From NCBI GenBank assembly GCA_964348825.1, contig CAYGDX010000001.1, positions 239,463 to 303,462 on the forward strand: a DNA stretch of 64,000 nt, written 5' to 3'. Source of the stretch: an uncultured Gammaproteobacteria bacterium. Lineage in GTDB: Bacteria > Patescibacteriota > Patescibacteriia > Veblenbacterales > UBA10138. Each line of letters begins with the position of its first letter. Within the stretch, counting starts at the first letter, position 1. Shown piece after piece: positions 1 to 9,495 of the stretch. A model generated the notes under the pieces. That model had not been told where the DNA came from and did not search any database. It saw only the letters and a list, made by a program, of their open reading frames with translations. Position numbers and translations under genes: made by a program.

Positions 1-1
1 G

Positions 2-985
2 CTTGATGGAACGAATGACAAGGTGCGCCTTGGTGGTAATGCGCTACTTGGAGTGTCGCTCGCGGCGGCGCGGGCTGGCGCTGAAGTGTACGGCCTGCCT
101 TTGTATCGTTATTTACGTCAGGCCTATAGTTTAACTAATGCGCCTTACAACTTACCACTGCCGATGATGAACGTTTTAAATGGTGGGCGTCACGCTGACA
201 ATAAATTAAATGTTCAAGAATTTTTAATTATTCCGCGTGTATTGGTTAATGGTCATCCTAAAGCTTCAGAATGTTTGCGTGTTGGAGCTGAAGTTTTTCA
301 TACTTTAGGTGAGTTGTTAAGTAAACAAGGTTTGGCAGTCGGAGTTGGAAGTGAAGGTGGTTACGCACCACATATTGATTCTACTGAAAAGGCTTTAGGG
401 TTATTAGTTAAAGGTATTGAAGCGGCCGGTTATACGCCTGGGCAAGAAGTGTCACTCGGGCTCGATGTAGCGGCCGATGAATTTTGTAGTGGGGATATTT
501 ATAAATTTGAAGGTGGCACACTGGCTGCGGCGCAAATGATTACTATGTATCGCGCTTGGGCTACGCGTTTCCCACTTGTTTCTTTAGAAGATGGTTTAGC
601 GCAAGATGATTTTCAAGGTTGGCGCTCATTAACTCAAAGTTTAGGTGATAAATTATTAATTATTGGTGATGATTTATTTGCCACCAATTCTAAGCGACTA
701 CAAACTGGCTTTACTGAGCAAGCGGCTAATTCTATTTTAATCAAACCCAATCAGGTTGGTACATTATCAGAAACAATGGCCACGGTAAAATTGGCACAAG
801 AACATAGCTATTCAGTGGTAGTTTCACATCGTTCTGGTGAAACACTCGATACTTTTATTGTGGATTTGGCGGTGGCAGTGGGTGCGCCTTACCTTAAGGC
901 TGGATCAGCTTGTCGGGGTGAACGAGTAGCTAAATATAATAGGTTGATGGAGATTGAGGAAGAGTTGGCAGTAGGGAATGATTAA
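2..985 (+). CDS. eno: Enolase (phosphopyruvate hydratase), 5'-truncated by the window edge
   Basis: The frame is open from position 2. The translation contains GANAILGVSLA and the C-terminal enolase signature VSHRSGETLDTFIVDLAVA...KYNRLMEIEEEL. The listed ORF start (GTG at 23) is internal. Confidence 0.9.
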   Translation, partial: LDGTNDKVRLGGNALLGVSLAAARAGAEVYGLPLYRYLRQAYSLTNAPYNLPLPMMNVLNGGRHADNKLNVQEFLIIPRVLVNGHPKASECLRVGAEVFHTLGELLSKQGLAVGVGSEGGYAPHIDSTEKALGLLVKGIEAAGYTPGQEVSLGLDVAADEFCSGDIYKFEGGTLAAAQMITMYRAWATRFPLVSLEDGLAQDDFQGWRSLTQSLGDKLLIIGDDLFATNSKRLQTGFTEQAANSILIKPNQVGTLSETMATVKLAQEHSYSVVVSHRSGETLDTFIVDLAVAVGAPYLKAGSACRGERVAKYNRLMEIEEELAVGND

Positions 986-997
986 TAATAACAAATT

Positions 998-1244
998 GTC
1001 ATTGCGAGCGAAGCCCAAAATGGCGAAGCGAAGCAATCATTCACAAAATGACTAATTTCTAATTTCTAAAAAATCCCAAATCCCCAATTTCTAAATTTAG
1101 TTATTAGACATTAGTCATTTTTAGAAATTAGTGATTAGTGATTAGAAATTTAAATAATTTGGATTTATTTAGGATTTCGCCTGCCTGCCGGTAGGCAGGG
1201 ATTTAGTGCTTAGGATTTAAACAAATTACTTATTCTATTAAATT
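998..1244. repeat. Composite intergenic repeat: GTCATTGCGAGCGAAGC..GCGAAGCGAAGCAATC hairpin, AATGACTAATTTCTAATTTCTAAAAAATCC module, CGCCTGCCTGCCGGTAGGCAGGG palindrome, and GATTTATTTAGGATTT..TTAGGATTTAAACAAAT module ending at the gpmI start codon
   Basis: Sub-modules recur at 41887..42127 (near-identical order) and partly at 5091..5178, 10578..10778, 34080..34110, 51968..52147. Confidence 0.7.
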
Positions 1245-2813
1245 ATGTTACCGAAAAAAAATCAGTTACCCCACACCCCCCTCATTCTCGCCATTCTCGA
1301 CGGTTGGGGTATTGCGCCAACTCCGCGCCGTGATGACCCTACGCAAACAGCTCGCTTACCATTTTTCAAATCGCTACTTAAAAATTATCCGAGCGCTACT
1401 TTAAAAGCGAGTGGTGCTGAAGTTGGGTTACCTAAAGGTCAAGACGGTAATTCTGAAGCTGGTCACCTTAATTTAGGCGCCGGAAGAATTGTAGAACAAG
1501 ATGCGGTATATATTTCACGTAGCATTAAAGATGGAACTTTTTTAAAAAATTCTGCTTTAATGCAAGCCATAAATCATGTGAAAAAAAATAAAAGCGATTT
1601 ACATTTGATGGGGCTACTTTCAAACTATAATAGTGGTCATAGTGCACCTGATCATTTGCAAGCACTTTTAAAATTAGCCGCCCAAAATAAAGTTAGTAAG
1701 GTTTTTCTTCATTTGTTTACTGATGGACGTGATTCACCAAAATACGACGCTGTAAAACTAATTGGCGAAGTTAAAAAGAGATTTAAAAATGGTGAAAAAA
1801 TTGCCAGCCTAGTTGGTAGGTTGTATGGTATGGATCGGAAAAAAGAATGGTCTCGTACGGAATTAACTTATAAATTACTTACACAGGGTGAAGGGATTGC
1901 CGAAACTGAGGCAGAATCCGCACTTCGCCACGCTTATAATAGAGGAGAAAGCGATGAATTTGTTAGTCCAATAGTTATCACCGATGAACATCATAAACCT
2001 TTAGGATTAATAAAAGATAATGATGCAGTGATATTTTTCAATTTACGGTCTGATCGAGCTCGGCAACTAGCTAAGCCATTTGTGCAAGATAAGTTTGAAA
2101 AATTAAATACTGGCGCGTTTACACGTCAGCCAAAATTAAAAAATTTATGTTTTGTGGCTTTAACTGATTTTGGTCCGGACCTTGGGAATATATATACCGC
2201 TTTTCCGAGTCGTGACGTTACCGATACTTTTACAGCTACGCTTAAAAATTCACGTCAACTTTATATTGCAGAAAGTGAAAAATTCGCGCACGTAACTTAT
2301 TTCTTTAATGGTGGGTATGATCAACCAATAGCGGGTGAGAAAAGAATTATGGTGCCATCGCATAACGTATCATCTTATGATCTTGTGCCGGGTATGCAAT
2401 CAATTAAAATTACGAATTTGGCAATTAAATCACTAAATAAATTTGATGTTGTTGTGATTAATTTAGCAAGTGCTGATATGGTTGGTCACACTGGAAATTT
2501 TAAGGCCTGCGTATTCGCGCTCGAAGTAATTGATGAATGTTTGTCTAAATTGGCTGGAGCAGTAAAGAAAAAAAATGGCACATTAGCAATAGTAGCTGAC
2601 CATGGTAATGTGGAAGAAACTGTAAATCTAAAAACCGGTGAAATAGATACCGAACATTCTACCAATCCAGTACCATTTATATTATTTAATAATAGTTTGC
2701 ATGGCAAAAAGTTTGTTAAAAAGTCGGGTGTACTAGGTGATGTAGCGCCAACTCTTTTGGATTGGTTAGGAGTTGATAAACCAAAATTAATGACGAGGAA
2801 GAGTTTGTTGTAA
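1245..2813 (+). CDS. gpmI: 2,3-bisphosphoglycerate-independent phosphoglycerate mutase, copy 1
   Basis: Contains ILDGWG, GNSEAGHLNLGAG (catalytic Ser), HVTYFFNGG, ADMVGHTG and ADHGN motifs. Length 522 aa. Confidence 0.9.
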   Translation: MLPKKNQLPHTPLILAILDGWGIAPTPRRDDPTQTARLPFFKSLLKNYPSATLKASGAEVGLPKGQDGNSEAGHLNLGAGRIVEQDAVYISRSIKDGTFLKNSALMQAINHVKKNKSDLHLMGLLSNYNSGHSAPDHLQALLKLAAQNKVSKVFLHLFTDGRDSPKYDAVKLIGEVKKRFKNGEKIASLVGRLYGMDRKKEWSRTELTYKLLTQGEGIAETEAESALRHAYNRGESDEFVSPIVITDEHHKPLGLIKDNDAVIFFNLRSDRARQLAKPFVQDKFEKLNTGAFTRQPKLKNLCFVALTDFGPDLGNIYTAFPSRDVTDTFTATLKNSRQLYIAESEKFAHVTYFFNGGYDQPIAGEKRIMVPSHNVSSYDLVPGMQSIKITNLAIKSLNKFDVVVINLASADMVGHTGNFKACVFALEVIDECLSKLAGAVKKKNGTLAIVADHGNVEETVNLKTGEIDTEHSTNPVPFILFNNSLHGKKFVKKSGVLGDVAPTLLDWLGVDKPKLMTRKSLL

Positions 2814-3004
2814 GTCAATAGCAAATGGCAAATAAAAATGTCATACCGGCTATTGAGCTTGAATCTAGAAAGTAATTGTTTAGAATCACGAATTAAGAAT
2901 CAAGAATCACGAATTTTAGTAGTACTTATCTTGATTCGTTATTCCTGATTCGTGATTCGGGACAATTTGAATTTATAAAAAACTTTTAGTATTACTAAAT
3001 AATT

Positions 3005-4585
3005 ATGTCTGCGAATCCTTTGATTAAACCAGTTGTTCTAATAATCTTAGATGGTTGGGGTGTGGCGCCTCCATCGCGTGGTAATGCGATTACGCAAAGT
3101 GCTACACCAGTATATAAAAAATTAATTACTACTTACCCAACTGTTACTGTACAAGCGGCTGGCGAATCAGTGGGATTACCGTGGGGTGAAATGGGTAATA
3201 GTGAAGTTGGCCACCTCGCGATTGGTTCGGGAAAAATTTTATATCAAGATTTGCCGCGAATTACACGGGCGATTTTGAATAAATCATTTTTTACTAACCA
3301 GGCCTTAGTAGATATTTGTACTAAAGTGAAAGCCGCAGGAAGCGCGCTTCATATTTTAGGTTTGGTTTCAAATGGTGGTGTGCATAGTTCAGTTGAACAT
3401 TTATATGCCACCTTAGAATTAGCTAAAGCACAGGGAGTGAATAACGTTTTTGTACACGCAATTTTAGATGGTCGTGATGTAGTTTTTAATTCGGGTCAGA
3501 ATTTTATTCATGAACTTGAAGCAAATTTACAAAAAATTGGTGTGGGCAAGATTGCAAGTGTATGCGGTCGTTTTTATGCGATGGATCGTGATAACCACTG
3601 GGATAGAATTCAGGCCGCTTATCAAGCCATGGCAAATGGAGTGGGTAAATCAGCTGAGTCCGCGAATGCAGCGATTACCGCTTCATACGAAGCTCGTGTT
3701 TACGATGAAGAATTAGTGCCAACTGTAATCACCTTGGGCGGCAGTCCAATTGGTAAAATACAAAATGGTGATGGTATAATATTTTTTAATTTTAGATCAG
3801 ATCGCGCTCGTCAGTTAACATATGCGTTTACTAAGTCAGAATTTGATAAATGGCCAAGGCCTAAATTAGAACTGGCTGGTTTTGTTACTATGACTGAATA
3901 TGAAAAAGGGTTGGAAGTAGCAGTGGCTTTTCCACCCGAAGTGGTTGATTGGCCACTCGCGCGAGTTTTATCAGAAGCTGGACTCAAACAATTACATTTA
4001 GCTGAGACCGAAAAATACGCGCATGTTACCTATTTCTTTAATGGTGGTCGCGAGCAAGTTTATCCAGGTGAGGATCATATTTTAGTTCCTTCACCAGTGG
4101 TGTCATCTTATGACCAAAAACCATTAATGTCAGCGCGCGGCATAACTGATAAATTATTACACGAGCTGTCACTTAATTCCTATGATTTTTATGTGTTAAA
4201 TTATGCTAATGCCGATATGGTGGGGCACACAGGTAATTTACCGGCTACTGTAAAAGCTGTGGAATTTTTGGATCAATGTTTGGGTGAAGTAGTAGCGGCG
4301 ACATTAGAGGTTGGTGGCGCAGTTTTTATTACCGCTGATCACGGCAATGCTGAAGGAATGATAAATAATCAAACCGGTGAAATTGATAAAGAGCATTCAA
4401 ATACGCCAGTACCGTTTATTATGATAGCGCGAGAGCTTGAAGGTAAAACTATAAGCAGTAGTCACACTTCTGAAGATTTAAGTCGGCTTACACCATCGGG
4501 TGTATTATCCGACGTTGCCCCCACGATTTTGAAAGTGATGGGATTGCCTAAACCTGCTGAAATGACAGGGCAGAGTCTTTTGTAA
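3005..4585 (+). CDS. gpmI: 2,3-bisphosphoglycerate-independent phosphoglycerate mutase, copy 2 (tandem paralogue)
   Basis: Contains ILDGWG, GNSEVGHLAIGSG, HVTYFFNGG, ADMVGHTG and ADHGN motifs. Length 526 aa. Clearly diverged from copy 1. Confidence 0.9.
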   Translation: MSANPLIKPVVLIILDGWGVAPPSRGNAITQSATPVYKKLITTYPTVTVQAAGESVGLPWGEMGNSEVGHLAIGSGKILYQDLPRITRAILNKSFFTNQALVDICTKVKAAGSALHILGLVSNGGVHSSVEHLYATLELAKAQGVNNVFVHAILDGRDVVFNSGQNFIHELEANLQKIGVGKIASVCGRFYAMDRDNHWDRIQAAYQAMANGVGKSAESANAAITASYEARVYDEELVPTVITLGGSPIGKIQNGDGIIFFNFRSDRARQLTYAFTKSEFDKWPRPKLELAGFVTMTEYEKGLEVAVAFPPEVVDWPLARVLSEAGLKQLHLAETEKYAHVTYFFNGGREQVYPGEDHILVPSPVVSSYDQKPLMSARGITDKLLHELSLNSYDFYVLNYANADMVGHTGNLPATVKAVEFLDQCLGEVVAATLEVGGAVFITADHGNAEGMINNQTGEIDKEHSNTPVPFIMIARELEGKTISSSHTSEDLSRLTPSGVLSDVAPTILKVMGLPKPAEMTGQSLL

Positions 4586-4613
4586 TTCAAAATGCAAAAA
4601 TCAAAATGAAAAA

Positions 4614-5036
4614 TTGAGGAATTATAAAATAAATTTTATTTTTTTAAATAATATGAAACTCCATCATGTCGCAATAACAGTTAAGGATTTACCAACCTCC
4701 GTTTCTTTTTATGATGGTATTTTTGGTTTTAAAGAAATAAATCGTTTTCGTCGTGATGACATGTGTGCAACTGCACTTTGGTTACAAGGTGAAAATATAA
4801 TTATTGAACTTTGGCAATTTGACTCGTTAAATGAAGGAACAAGAGAAGATTTGTCGTTTACGGGTTTAAAACATATAGCTTTTACCGATTCTGATCCTGA
4901 ATTGCTTCGTAAAATATTTATTGATAAGGGTGTAAGTTGTAGTCCACTTAACAAAGGATCAAGTGGCGGATTGTATTTCTTTTTGTCTGACCCCGACGGA
5001 AATCAAATAGAAATTTATAAACCACCTAAAATATAA
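4614..5036 (+). CDS. VOC/glyoxalase-fold protein (lactoylglutathione lyase-like); the true start may be the internal Met near 4653 (MKLHHVAI)
   Basis: HHVAITVKDL...FY N-terminal VOC beta-alpha-beta motif. About 125-140 aa. Confidence 0.6.
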   Translation: MRNYKINFIFLNNMKLHHVAITVKDLPTSVSFYDGIFGFKEINRFRRDDMCATALWLQGENIIIELWQFDSLNEGTREDLSFTGLKHIAFTDSDPELLRKIFIDKGVSCSPLNKGSSGGLYFFLSDPDGNQIEIYKPPKI

Positions 5037-5090
5037 TAATTTTAGATTATTATCATTCTCTAATTCGCGCGAATAGGCGAATAGTGAAAT

Positions 5091-5178
5091 AGATTTGGAA
5101 TTTAGATATTTTTGATTTATTTAGGATTTTGATATTCGCCTGCCTGCCGGTAGGCAGGGATTTAGGATTTAAGAATTT
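5091..5178. repeat. Upstream repeat module: GATTTATTTAGGATTT + CGCCTGCCTGCCGGTAGGCAGGG palindrome + TTAGGATTTAA, abutting the mutM start codon
   Basis: The same module is seen at 1150..1244 and 41991..42127. Confidence 0.7.
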
Positions 5179-6039
5179 ATGCCTGAATTGCCTGAAGTAG
5201 AAACAATCAAACGCGATTTATCTGAGCATTTAATCAATAAGAAAATTATTGATTTTGTTTGTACACAGAAAAGTTTATTACGTTCGCCTTTAACTTTGTT
5301 TAAGCGCGTTTTAGTTGGCGCAACAGTAAAATTAGTTAATCGTCGTGCCAAACTTTTGTATTTTGAATTGTCTGGTAGTTATTATTTGTTAATTCATTTA
5401 AAAATGACAGGACAATTAGTGTATAGTACGTCGCGCGGTAAACTAGAGGTTGGTGGTCATCCAATCGATAATATAAAAGATATTCCCAATCGCTTTACGT
5501 ACATAACTTTAGTTTTTAAAGATGGCGGCAAATTATTTTTTAATGATGTGCGGAAGTTTGGCTACTTCCAGATGGCAAGTAAAAATGAATTATTAAAAAT
5601 TTTAAGTAAGTATGGGCCAGAACCATTATCAAATAATTTTAATTTAAATATTTTTAAGCAAAATTTAAAACGTCGTGCGCGCACTACGATTAAGGCGGCT
5701 CTACTTGATCAGTCAATTGTGGCGGGCTTAGGAAATATTTATGTAGACGAGAGTTTGTTTGTGTCTGCGGTAAGACCTAATCGACGTACTAATAGTTTGA
5801 GTAATATTGAAAAAATTAAATTATATAAGGCGATTAAATTAGTTTTAAATAAGGCAGTAAAGAGGCGTGGCACATCTTTTAATTCTTATCGTGATGGCTT
5901 GGGGCGTAAGGGAACTTATTGGGAAGCTAGATTAGTTTACGGGCGCAATGGCGAGAAGTGTTTAAAATGTGATACAGTAATTAAGAAGATGGTGGTAGCA
6001 GGGAGGGGAACGCATTATTGTCCGAAATGTCAGAAGTAA
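5179..6039 (+). CDS. mutM: Formamidopyrimidine-DNA glycosylase
   Basis: N-terminal MPELPEVETI (catalytic Pro2/Glu3). C-terminal zinc finger CLKCDTVIKKMVVAGRGTHYCPKC. Confidence 0.92.
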   Translation: MPELPEVETIKRDLSEHLINKKIIDFVCTQKSLLRSPLTLFKRVLVGATVKLVNRRAKLLYFELSGSYYLLIHLKMTGQLVYSTSRGKLEVGGHPIDNIKDIPNRFTYITLVFKDGGKLFFNDVRKFGYFQMASKNELLKILSKYGPEPLSNNFNLNIFKQNLKRRARTTIKAALLDQSIVAGLGNIYVDESLFVSAVRPNRRTNSLSNIEKIKLYKAIKLVLNKAVKRRGTSFNSYRDGLGRKGTYWEARLVYGRNGEKCLKCDTVIKKMVVAGRGTHYCPKCQK

Positions 6040-6135
6040 ATTTAAAAATTAAAAATCAAAAATAAAAATGACAAATTAAAATTTAAAATTTTTACATTGT
6101 CATTTTGATATTTACATTTTACATTTTGATTTATT

Positions 6136-6657
6136 ATGTCCGATGCTTCGTTAGTACAAATTTTATATAATTTTTCTTCATCTAATGATTATATTAGGTG
6201 GCTAGTAGTGTTTTGCGCTACTTACTTAATCTGGTTCTTAGTCGCTTGGTTTGGTATATTTTTTATTTGGCATAAAAAGTCGGGCGTAAAAGAATTTTGT
6301 TTGTTGGTACTGGGAGGAACTTTTGGATACTTAATAAATAATTTAATCGCGCGAATTTGGTTTCGTCCGCGGCCATTTGTTACTTTGGAATTAACTCCAA
6401 TCGTAAATGCTTTGGCCAGTAAATCGTTTCCGTCGGATCACGCGATGCTAGCATTTTTTGTGGCTACGCTTTTATATAAACATAAATCAAATTGGTGGTG
6501 GGCTTACTTGCTTGCTATGACTATCGCAATTGGTAGGGTAGCGGCAGGTGTTCATTATCCGACCGATATATTGGCGGGTGCTTTTGTTGGGGTATTTTTT
6601 GGTATAATAATAACTAAGATTGAAAAGTTAATAAAGTTAAAATGGAATAATCAATAA
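6136..6657 (+). CDS. PAP2-family phosphatase (undecaprenyl-diphosphatase/BcrC-like membrane protein)
   Basis: PAP2 motifs FRPRPF, SFPSDHA and GVHYPTDILAG. Multiple TM helices. Confidence 0.8.
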   Translation: MSDASLVQILYNFSSSNDYIRWLVVFCATYLIWFLVAWFGIFFIWHKKSGVKEFCLLVLGGTFGYLINNLIARIWFRPRPFVTLELTPIVNALASKSFPSDHAMLAFFVATLLYKHKSNWWWAYLLAMTIAIGRVAAGVHYPTDILAGAFVGVFFGIIITKIEKLIKLKWNNQ

Positions 6658-6828
6658 GTTATTTTTTAAGTTTCATTGCTCTAATATTAGCCACTTTTTC
6701 CACAGGTGAGCTAATTTTTTATTTGTTGACTTATAATCTTATTTATAGTAAGGTTGGGTTGGTTTTAAACAAAAAAAGAACCTTAAAAATTAAAAAAATA
6801 CTTATCTAATAACGAATAGAGGTCTAAC

Positions 6829-9327
6829 ATGAAGATCAGAAAAATTATCTTGTTATTGTTTTTATTGTTGATTATAACCACATTTTCTTCGTACAGGTTT
6901 ATCTCAATTGAGCAAGGACAGGGTGAAGAATTCACAGAATCAAAATCATTTGTTCTTTTTCAACCTTTTGTTGATTCAAAATATTCCCCAATGGAGGTTA
7001 ATTTATTATTAGCTGTTTTGGGAATAGCCGTTTCAGCTCTACTTTATGCTTTTTTTCTATCTAGGAAGGTCAAAGCGTGTGATAAGGGAACAAAAAAAAT
7101 GCAAGACATAGCTCTGGCAATTCGTGAAGGATCTAATTCTTATTTACGAGTACAATTTAAACGGATTTGGCCACTCATAATAATTATCACTTTGGTTTTG
7201 TTCTTTACTTACACAGGAGATACAAATGCTTTTCGGTGGGGTCGATCTCTTGCGTTTCTTGTTGGAGCATCCTTTAGTTTTTTGGTTGGCTTTGTTGGCA
7301 TGCGTTTGGCTACTGAAGGTAATTTACGTGTAGCAGCCGCGGCCATGAAAGGTTACGGAAAAGCTATGACAATTGGCTATCGTACCGGCACAGTTACTGG
7401 AATGTTAACCGATGGGCTTGGTCTACTTGGTGGAACTTTAATTTTTCTACTGTATGGTGAACAGGCCTACGAAGCTTTACTGGGTTTTGGTTTTGGAGGA
7501 ACTTTAATCGCACTCTTTATGAGAGTCGGTGGGGGAATTTATACTAAGGCCGCTGATGTTGGAGCTGATTTGGTTGGTAAGATAGAAAAAGATATACCAG
7601 AAGACGATCCAAGGAATGCTGCTACAATTGCTGATAATGTAGGAGATAATGTTGGCGATTGTGCTGGTATGTCGGCTGATATTTTTGAGAGCTATGAAGT
7701 TACTATGGTTGCAGCTATGATTTTAGGATTAGCAACTTTTGGTCACAAGGGGGTGATTTTTCCTTTGTTGGTTCGCGGTATCGGTGTGGTAGGATCAATG
7801 ATTAGTACTTATACAGTAAGAGCTGGTGTCAATGATTCTTCTGACAAAGCTTTAAGAAGCGTGCATCGTGGTTTTTGGATTGGGTCGTTTATAAGTATTG
7901 TTGGATTTTTTACCTTAGGATATTTCTATCTTCATTTTGATACTGCTTATTTATTAGCCAATCCAATGTCGGTCGCAGGTTTTCCAGCGGGTAACCCCGA
8001 TACCTTACCAATATTTTTTAATTTAGGTATTTCTGGACTTGATTTACGCCCAGCTTTTACTTGTCTTATTGGTGTATTTATGGCCATTGGTTTGAACAAA
8101 GTAACCAGTTACTACACTCATACTGGACATAAGCCAGTGAAATCGCTCGTTGAGTCGTGTAACACTGGACATGCTACCAATATTATTCAAGGATTTGCAG
8201 TTGGTTATGAAAGTACGGTAGCGTCTTTGGTAGTTATTGCTGTGGCAATTATTATTTCAGTTGTAATTTATGCTGGCACACCACCTTTATTTGTGGCTTA
8301 TGGAATTGCTATGACTGGTATTGGTATGTTGACCCTTACAGGTAATACGATTTCCATGGACGTGTTTGGGCCAGTGGCAGATAACGCTAATGGTATTGGA
8401 GAAATGGGATATAATCAGAAAGAAATGGATGAAACGAATCACGGTAGTTATAAGCGTGCCCGCCAAATCCTAGCTGATCTTGATGCGGTTGGTAATACAA
8501 CTAAAGCAGAAACAAAAGGTATTGCTATCGGCTCGGCTGTAATTGCGGCAGTATCTTTGTTTGCTAGTTTTATAGCTGTGATTGCCGTTGGAAGTGAAGA
8601 TAAAATTTCACTGATGACGGTAATACAATATACCGTTGAAGCTGGTAAGCTTACCTTTGCAGATCCAATTGTATTTGTTGGATTTCTTATTGGTGGGGCC
8701 GTGCCATTTTTATTTAGTAGTATGTTGATTAGGGCAGTTGGTAGAGCAGCGTCTTATATTGTTAAAGAATGTCGGATGCAGTTTCGTGATCCAGATATTT
8801 GGGAAGGAAAGAAAAAGCCTGATTATGGTCGTGTTGTAAATATTTGTACTAATGCGGCTCAGAAAGAATTAATTGGTCCGGGGTTGTTGGCAATTTCAGC
8901 GCCACTGCTAGTTGGTTTTTTGCTTGGACCGTATGCCCTCGGTGGATTTTTAGCCGGTATGATTTTAGTTGGTCAACTCTTGGCTGTATTTATGTGTAAT
9001 TCAGGAGGGGCTTGGGATAATGCGAAGAAAATGATTGAAGACGAGCCAATAACTGAAAACACTGGTAAAGGTAGTGATAAACACAAAGCGTCAGTAACCG
9101 GTGATACAGTTGGAGATCCATTGAAAGATACAGCTGGTCCAGCTATTAATCCATTAATCAAAGTAATGAATATGGTGGCATTGTTAAGTCTTATTGGGGT
9201 GTTGAATTATAATTTATTTACACCACGCATTCCAGGGTCATACTCTATTGCTTTATTTGTTATTATTGCAGCTATTTCAGCTATAGGTTGGGCTGTCTGG
9301 CGAAGTAAAAAAGAAAATGGTAATTAA
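6829..9327 (+). CDS. hppA: Membrane-bound proton/sodium-translocating pyrophosphatase
   Basis: Contains GDNVGDCAGMSADIFESYEVT, NSGGAWDNAKK and GDTVGDPLKDTAGPAINP signatures. The 832 aa include about 50 extra N-terminal residues before the MEVNLLLAV segment. Confidence 0.92.
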   Translation: MKIRKIILLLFLLLIITTFSSYRFISIEQGQGEEFTESKSFVLFQPFVDSKYSPMEVNLLLAVLGIAVSALLYAFFLSRKVKACDKGTKKMQDIALAIREGSNSYLRVQFKRIWPLIIIITLVLFFTYTGDTNAFRWGRSLAFLVGASFSFLVGFVGMRLATEGNLRVAAAAMKGYGKAMTIGYRTGTVTGMLTDGLGLLGGTLIFLLYGEQAYEALLGFGFGGTLIALFMRVGGGIYTKAADVGADLVGKIEKDIPEDDPRNAATIADNVGDNVGDCAGMSADIFESYEVTMVAAMILGLATFGHKGVIFPLLVRGIGVVGSMISTYTVRAGVNDSSDKALRSVHRGFWIGSFISIVGFFTLGYFYLHFDTAYLLANPMSVAGFPAGNPDTLPIFFNLGISGLDLRPAFTCLIGVFMAIGLNKVTSYYTHTGHKPVKSLVESCNTGHATNIIQGFAVGYESTVASLVVIAVAIIISVVIYAGTPPLFVAYGIAMTGIGMLTLTGNTISMDVFGPVADNANGIGEMGYNQKEMDETNHGSYKRARQILADLDAVGNTTKAETKGIAIGSAVIAAVSLFASFIAVIAVGSEDKISLMTVIQYTVEAGKLTFADPIVFVGFLIGGAVPFLFSSMLIRAVGRAASYIVKECRMQFRDPDIWEGKKKPDYGRVVNICTNAAQKELIGPGLLAISAPLLVGFLLGPYALGGFLAGMILVGQLLAVFMCNSGGAWDNAKKMIEDEPITENTGKGSDKHKASVTGDTVGDPLKDTAGPAINPLIKVMNMVALLSLIGVLNYNLFTPRIPGSYSIALFVIIAAISAIGWAVWRSKKENGN

Positions 9328-9350
9328 AAATAATTAATAAAAAAGTAATT

Positions 9351-9391
9351 CTACCGAATCGGTCTTTATGACGGTTCGGTATTTTTTTTAT
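9351..9391 (+). terminator. Rho-independent terminator after hppA
   Basis: TACCGAATCGG...CGGTTCGGTA stem followed by a T8 tract. Confidence 0.7.
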
Positions 9392-9495
9392 TAAAAATAA
9401 CCATAAAGCGGAATTATTTTAATTGTTAAGTTTGAATAACGTAATTGTTCAACTAGTTGATTGTTTGTCTAATGGCGTTACGGTAAAATTAATGT

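Noticed and set aside
3510-3716. Small ORFs nested in or antisense to confident genes (3510..3716, 2486..2824, 4709..4954, 5169..5351, 8973..9161, 9423..9620, 9591..9773, 30176..30424, 30920..31117, 31398..31793, 34829..35092, 41730..41933, 45459..45647, 45721..45996, 48688..48981, 49441..49644, 50602..50826, 51283..51504, 54942..55478, 55642..55914, 57117..57455, 60284..60586, 62769..63131)
   Set aside because: Each overlaps a longer ORF that has clear family signatures, and none has recognisable motifs.
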